64,000 bases of DNA from the human T2T-CHM13v2.0 reference genome, Homo sapiens. The stretch lies in the NCBI RefSeq assembly GCF_009914755.1, contig NC_060936.1, one strand, 5' to 3'. The notes under the pieces were generated by a model. It ran no database searches and had not been told where the DNA came from. It worked only from the letters and a program-made list of their open reading frames with translations. The translations under genes and the position numbers were made by a program. This document shows, one piece after another, positions 59,469 to 64,000 of the stretch (positions are counted from its first letter, which is position 1; every line of letters begins with the position of its first letter).

Positions 59469-60216
59469 CTGTAGTCCAGCTTTATTCTTTCACATGTTGG
59501 TATCCAGGTTCCCCAGCACCATTTGTTGAAAAGACTATTCTTTCCCCCATTGAATGTCTTGGCACCATTGTCAAAAAACATTTGATCATGTATGTGGAGG
59601 TTTATTTCTGGGCTTTCCATATTATTCCATTGGTCTATATGTCTGTCTTTATGACAGAACTAGACTGTAGCTTTGTAGTAAGTTTTGAAATCAGGAAATG
59701 TGTGACCTTTCATGTTCTTCTTTTTCAAGATTGTTTTGGCTATTCAAAGTCCCTTGAGATTCCATATGAATTTTAGAATGGATTTTTCTATTTCTGGAAA
59801 AAAAAATATGCCACTCGGGTTTTGATAGGTGTTGCATTGAATCTGTAGATTGCTTTGGATAGTTTTAACATCTTAATAGTAAGTCTTCCAGTCCATGAAC
59901 ACAGGATGTCTTTCCATTTATTTGGTGTCTTTAGTTTCTTTCAGCAACAACATTTACTAGTTTTCAGTGTACAAGTGTTTTGCTTCCTTGGTTAAATTTA
60001 TTCCTAAGTATTTTATTCTTTTTGATGCTATTGTACATGAAATTTTCTTAATTTCCTTTTCAGATTGCTCATTCTTAGTGTATAGAAATGCAACTGATTA
60101 TTGTGTGCTGATTTTGTGTCCTGCAACTTTGCTGAATTCATTTATTAGTTCTAACAGTACTTTTGTGTTTGGGTATGTGTTAAATCTTTGGGGTTTTCTA
60201 CATATAAGATCATTTC

Positions 60217-60512
<296 letters not shown>

Positions 60513-60849
60513 GATGATTTCATCTGTGAAAAGAGATAACTTTACTTCCTTTTTATTAATTTGGAATGCTTTTATTTCTTTTTCTTGCCAAATTGCTGTG
60601 GCTAGGACGTCTAGTACTATTTTGAATAGAAGTGGTGAATGCAGGCAACCTTGTCTTGTTCCTGATTCTAGAGAAAAAGCTTTCAGTCTTTCACCATCGT
60701 TAGCTGTTGTTTTTTTATATATGACCTTTATTATGTTGAGGTAATGCTCTTCTGTTCTTAGTTTATTGAGTGCTTTTATCATAAAATGGTGTTGAGTATT
60801 GTCATATGCTTTTTCTGCATCAGTTGAGATGGTTATGTAGTTTTCCTTC

Positions 60850-60937
60850 CTTGAATGCAAGGATGGTCTGGCAAACAAAAATCAATCAATATAATGTATT
60901 TATTGATTTTGTATGCCAGACCATCCTTGCATTCAAG
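60850..60937. repeat. Inverted repeat: 24-bp perfect outer arms, ~41-bp total stem
   Basis: CTTGAATGCAAGGATGGTCTGGCA (60850-60873) / TGCCAGACCATCCTTGCATTCAAG (60914-60937). Confidence 0.95.
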
Positions 60938-61012
60938 AAATATATCCCATTTGGTCATGATCTGTAGTCCTTTTACTATGCTGCTGAATTCTGTTTGTTA
61001 GTATTTTGCTGA

Positions 61013-61355
<343 letters not shown>

Positions 61356-61771
61356 TAGTTTTCTTTTCTTGTAGTATCTTTGTCTGGCTTTCATATCATG
61401 ATAATGCTGGCCTCATAGAATAAATTCGAATATGTTCCCTCCTCTTTCATTATTTTGAAGGAGTTTGAGGATTAGAGTTCTGAACATTCTTGTATATCTT
61501 TTGGTGAACATGAGCACTTATTTTGTTGGTATGTTCCCAGGAGTAGAATTGCTAGATCATAATGTATAGGTATATTTAGTTTTAGTAGATACTGCCGAAA
61601 CAGTTTTCTAAAGTTGTGCCAATTTAGACTCCCACTATCAATTTATAAGTTTCAGTGTTTCACTTCCTTGCCAACATTTGGGATAGCCATTCCTTCTAAT
61701 ATTAGCTATTTTCATGGGTGAATAGCATATGTCATTTTGGTTGCATTTTTTCTGATAAATAATGACTGTAG

Positions 61772-62119
<348 letters not shown>

Positions 62120-62136
62120 CTTCTTCACGTCTTTTG

Positions 62137-62138
<2 letters not shown>

Positions 62139-62182
<44 letters not shown>
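62139..62182. repeat. (TG)22 microsatellite
   Basis: Perfect dinucleotide run. Confidence 0.96.
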
Positions 62183-62186
<4 letters not shown>

Positions 62187-62471
62187 GTTGAGAAGGAGTA
62201 TCGCTCTATTGCCCAGGCTGGAGTGCAGTGGCGCGATCTCGGCTCACTGCAAGCTCCGCCTCCTGGGTTCACGCCATTCTCCTGCCTCAGCCTCCTGAGT
62301 AGCTGGGACTACAGGCACCCGCCACCACGCCCGGCTAATTTTTTTGTATTTTTAGTAGAGACGGGGTTTCACTGTGTTAGCCAGGATGGTCTCGATCTCC
62401 TGACCTCGTGATCTACCCGCCTTGGCCTCCCAAAGTGCTAGGATTACAGGCGTGAGCCACCACGCCTGGCC
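62183..62471 (-). mobile_element. AluY
   Basis: AluY diagnostics (gcaagctccgcc, ttcacgccattc, gttagccaggatgg), CpG-rich. Confidence 0.93.
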
Positions 62472-64000
62472 GCCTGTGTGTTTTTAAAAATTATGTTGTT
62501 GGTTTTCTCCTTAAAGGTTTGTAAGAGTTGGTTTTATATCTTGAATAGGAGATATTAATATTTGTCAGGTAAAAGTATTACAAATATCTTCTCCTGGTTT
62601 GTGGGTTGCTTTTATATTCTCATAATAACTTTTATGAACACAAGTTTTCAATTCTAATAAAATTTAATTAATGTTTTTCTTTTATAGTTAGTGCTTTGGT
62701 ATCCTATTAAGAAATTTTTGCTTACCTGAAGTTCATGAAGGTCTTTTTAACATATCATCTAGCAGCTTTACTATTTTACCTTTCATTTTTATATCAATAG
62801 TTCATCTGGAACTTTTGTGTATGGTGTGAAGGAGTAATCAAAGTTCTTTTTTTTCTTATTAATTTTCAACTGATAGAGCACGATTTCTTGAAAAGGTCAC
62901 TCTTTAACCACTGAGTTTCAGTGGTGCCTTCATCATAAATTGGCAGATTATATATATTTGGATCTGGGTCTGGACTTTTATTCCAAACTGTTGGTCTTAC
63001 TGTCTATTTTTGGGCTAATACTACAGTCTTTATTACTGCACCTATAAAATAAGTCGTGATATCTGGTAGCATAAGACCTCTTGTTCTTCTTTACTTCTTC
63101 AGTATTGTTTTGGTTAATCTACATTCTTAACAATTCCATATTGATTTTAGAATTAGTTGTCATTTTTTCACATATGCAAAATACCTGCTAGGATTTCTGA
63201 TGGGGATTGCATTGAATCTATAATAAATTTGGGAAGAACACCTTAACAACATCAAATTTCCAATTAATATATGTTGTATTAGAGCCTCCATGTATTTGGA
63301 TCATCTTTAATTTTTCCCAGCAGTGTTTTGTAGATTTCACTGTAGAGATTTTACACATCTTTCTTTAGACTTATTCCTAGATAATTGATGTTTTTCAATG
63401 CTAATGTAAGTAGTAATATTTTAAAGTTTTTCCTAATTGTTAGTTGCTAGCATATGATAATCAATTATTTAGATAATAACTTCATATTTAGCCACTTTGC
63501 TAAATGTGCTTATTAATTTAAAATTTGCATTTTTTGAACATTCTATGAACATCATCATGTCACCTGAGAATAATGACAGCTTTGCACCTTCCTTTATAAT
63601 CTTTGTATTTTTATTTCTTTTGTGTGTCTTATGTACTGGCTGGGTTCTCTAGTGCAATTTTGAGGTGATGTGGTGATAGTGGACATCATTGCCTTTTTCC
63701 CAACCTAAGTGGTGAACGCATTTAGTGTTTCACCATTAGGTGAGATGTTTGCTGTGGATTTTTGTAGATACTCATTATCAGGTTGAGAAAATTCCCTTCT
63801 ATCTTTGGTTTTCTGAGAGACTTTTCTTAAATGGGTGTTGAATTTTATCAAACACTTTTTCTACATTTGTTTTGATGATCATATATTTTTCTCCTTTATT
63901 CTATTAATACTGGGAATTACATCGGTTGAATTTTGAATGTTAAGCCAATCATGCATTCCTGTAATAAATCACACTTGGTCAGAGTATTATCTTTTTTATA

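Overview
Primate (human-like) genomic DNA containing the 5' end of RFX4 (regulatory factor X4) on the + strand; from memory this is human chr12q23.3. The gene call rests on three exons that splice in phase to give known RFX4 N-termini. (1) A CpG-island first exon encodes MHCGLLEEPDMDST (CDS 30978-31020; brain-type isoform). (2) An internal alternative first exon encodes MIKRRAHPGAGGDRTRPRRRRST (CDS 48938-49007; testis-type isoform). (3) Shared exon 2 (56458-56544) encodes [29 protein letters not shown]. Positions 1-28000 are repeat-dense upstream DNA (L1, Alu, MaLR LTRs, Tigger, MER, L2/MIR), 28000-35400 is a patchy CpG-island promoter domain, and 57300-64000 is mostly antisense L1 with nested Alus. 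Most interesting observations: a sense-oriented THE1-type solo LTR in intron 1 carries a Kozak ATG and a phase-1 donor exactly in frame with RFX4 exon 2 (candidate LTR-driven RFX4 isoform); an out-of-frame ATG 11 nt before the brain-isoform start stays open through exon 2; RFX X-box palindromes sit at the internal promoter and in the CpG island (possible auto- or cross-regulation); an L1PA carries a clear 3' transduction; and there are several near-perfect hairpins. Repeat subfamily names and boundaries are by eye and approximate.
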